A stretch of DNA of 63,843 bases, filler included, from Octopus bimaculoides (lineage: Eukaryota), in assembly GCF_001194135.2 (NCBI RefSeq). It is 6 parts of 6 records of this genome, joined end to end, with 100 filler letters (N's around TTAATTAATTAA, not from the genome) between each part and the next. Parts side by side here need not be neighbours in the genome. Positions count along the whole stretch, not along the records: positions 61,681 to 63,843 come from NC_068996.1; 5 more parts are not named here. One strand, 5' to 3'. The position numbers and the translations under genes were made by a program. The notes beneath the pieces were generated by a model. It was not told the DNA's origin and did not search any database. It saw only the letters and a program-made list of their open reading frames with translations. Of this stretch, positions 61,828-63,843 are shown piece by piece; the first letter of the stretch is position 1, and each line of letters opens with the position of its first letter.

Positions 61828-62281
61828 CCTTTCTATCATAGGCACAAAACTGCAAATTTTGGGTGAGGGTGCTGGTTGATTAGATCACAGTGTGGTAAGT
61901 AGCTTGCTTACCAACCACATGGTTCTGGGTTCAATCCCACTGCGTGGCACTGTCGGCAAGTGTCTTCTACTATAGCCTCATGCTGAACAAAGCCTTGTGA
62001 GTGGATTTGGTAGATGGAAACTGAAAGAAGCCTGTTGTATATATGTATATATATATGTATATGTATGTGTGTGCATATATTTGTGTGTCTGTGTTTGTTC
62101 CCCCAACATCACTTGACAAGCGATGGTGGTGTGTTTACGTACCCGTAACTTAGCGGTTTGACAAATGAGGCCGACAGAATAAGGACTAGGCATCCAAAGA
62201 ATAAGTCCTGGGGTCGATTTGCTCGACTAAAGGCAGTGCTCCAGCATGGCCACAGTCAAATGACTGAAACAAGTAAAAGAG

Positions 62282-62283
<2 letters not shown>
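61828..62283. mobile_element. SINE A 3' end (minus, 61828-61886) abutting SINE B (plus, 61889-62283)
   Basis: Recognisable family termini. Confidence 0.85.
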
Positions 62284-62336
<53 letters not shown>

Positions 62337-63122
62337 TATATGATGGACTCTCCAATCGAAGATGACGTATGAGCGTTCAGCTTTTTGCCAAATCACCTGC
62401 ACAAAAGATCTATTTATAATGATCAAATGTTCGTGCTGCACACTGGCTCACTTCACTCCCGCCATCAAATCCATTGTCTGAACAGGTGCACAAGTGTTCC
62501 ACAAGTCAGGTATCAAAATGATCAAAGAGTAACATGAGATGAAATGTTTTGATCAAGAACACAACACACCACCTGCTCTAGGAATTGAAATCACGATCTA
62601 GCAATCATGAGGGCAAAACTCCAACCACTAAGTCATGTGTCCTCACATTTACATATGTATATGTATATAAAAATAATAAAAAGAAAATGGAGAGATTAAA
62701 CTGACATATGTCAATTTATTAATATATTACATTATTATTATCATTATTATTATTAATCCATACAATTTTTTAATTCAAACTCAAAACCAATAAAAAATTT
62801 AAAAAATTCATATTTTGGAAATATTTTGAGTAAAAAATCTCACCAGGGTAAAACAGGAAAAAAATTACATATTAGAAATTTGAGATCCTTAAACAGACTG
62901 AATTAATCAATATATGATTATGTTTGTGAGAGTGTCAGTAACTTTTTTTTTAAAAATAAAAAATAACATTTAAAAAAAATGAAAAATAGCATTTTTAAAA
63001 AATGAAAAATAGCATTTTTAAAAAGCAAAAAATAAAAAAAATATGTACATACACACACACACACGACAATTTCAGTTTTCATCTACTACATCCAGTCACA
63101 AGGCTTTGGTTGGCCTTGTATA

Positions 63123-63155
<33 letters not shown>

Positions 63156-63174
63156 GTGTGTGTGTATATATATA

Positions 63175-63224
<50 letters not shown>

Positions 63225-63334
63225 TTAAATATAGGATAAGATCTTTATAAGAATTTATCAAATAGTTAGCGTGAAAAACCTCATAAGGGAAAAACTTGTT
63301 AATTATTCTCCGTAAATATATTTATTTATATTTA

Positions 63335-63467
63335 GGGCATTATTATACATAAGTGCCTCACGCTAGGAGGGACCCTTAAAGTCAAAACTACCATAATAAA
63401 ACACATTATGGTAGTTTTGACTTTAAGAGTCCCTTCTAGCGTGAGGCATTTATGCATAGTAATGCCT
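63335..63467. mobile_element. Palindromic MITE, PIF/Harbinger (Tourist)-like
   Basis: 63-bp arms, 7-nt loop, starts GGGC, TTA direct repeats on both sides. Confidence 0.75.
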
Positions 63468-63475
63468 TTAATATA

Positions 63476-63843
63476 TCTATACTATATATAAAACAGAGAT
63501 GTGTGTGTAATCGCTTTTCACGTGAAATCGACTTCACCAAATGCTTCCATACTTGTGATGCATGAATAATTTGACCTTGGATAAATGTTAGGCTCTTCAT
63601 TTGATTTTTTTAATTAAAAATAAATAATATTGCTTTATATTTAAGATTCACTTCTTTAAAAAGGTTCCTCAATGTCAACTTCTGGTATTGACATAACAAC
63701 GGCAAAAAGCTTCACTCTCTATTTTGTGTGTGAGTGTGTGTGTTCGTGTGTATGAGAGAGAGAGAGAGTAAATACTACATACACACCGCTCTCTCACTCT
63801 GTCTCACACACACACACACACCCCTTGACTCACTCACCCTCTG
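63476..63843 (+). mobile_element. Possible non-autonomous Helitron 5' portion
   Basis: A|TCTATACTATATATAAAAC start, followed by microsatellites; 3' end outside the window. Confidence 0.5.

Noticed and set aside
62973-63025. 23-bp tandem AAAAAATGAAAAATAGCATTTTT duplication (similarly a 17-bp duplication at about 43890-43925)
   Set aside because: Ordinary slippage duplication in A/T-rich DNA

Overview
AT-rich eukaryotic non-genic or intronic DNA. The repeat families (tRNA-derived SINEs, RTE, R4/Dong, CR1 and Penelope retroelements) point to an octopod cephalopod, probably Octopus. This is an inference from recalled repeat families, not a database result. I recognise no intact host protein-coding exon, rRNA, true tRNA or CRISPR array. 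The window is a transposon graveyard. It holds one decayed full-length Gypsy (Mag-like) LTR element at 1966-6809 plus a related integrase fragment, three RTE LINE remnants, and about eight R4/Dong-type LINE fragments with five different 3' UTRs. It also holds Penelope RT remnants, CR1 3' ends, several Tc1/mariner remnants and MITEs, Helitron/HINE-like pieces, about 35 SINE copies from at least three families, dense microsatellites and many N gaps. Five gaps are artificial 44N-TTAATTAATTAA-44N spacers. Most ORFs in the supplied track are microsatellite translations. The most interesting patterns are four. (1) R4/Dong LINEs are stacked in (TAA)n tracts and three times sit tail-to-tail with an (ATT)n-tailed SINE, suggesting SINE tails act as landing pads. 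(2) There are several degenerate type I hammerhead-ribozyme motifs from different families. (3) Unrelated retroelements are seamlessly fused at several junctions. (4) There are long near-perfect hairpins. All alignments and counts were made by eye, and element boundaries are approximate unless a TSD or TIR is quoted.
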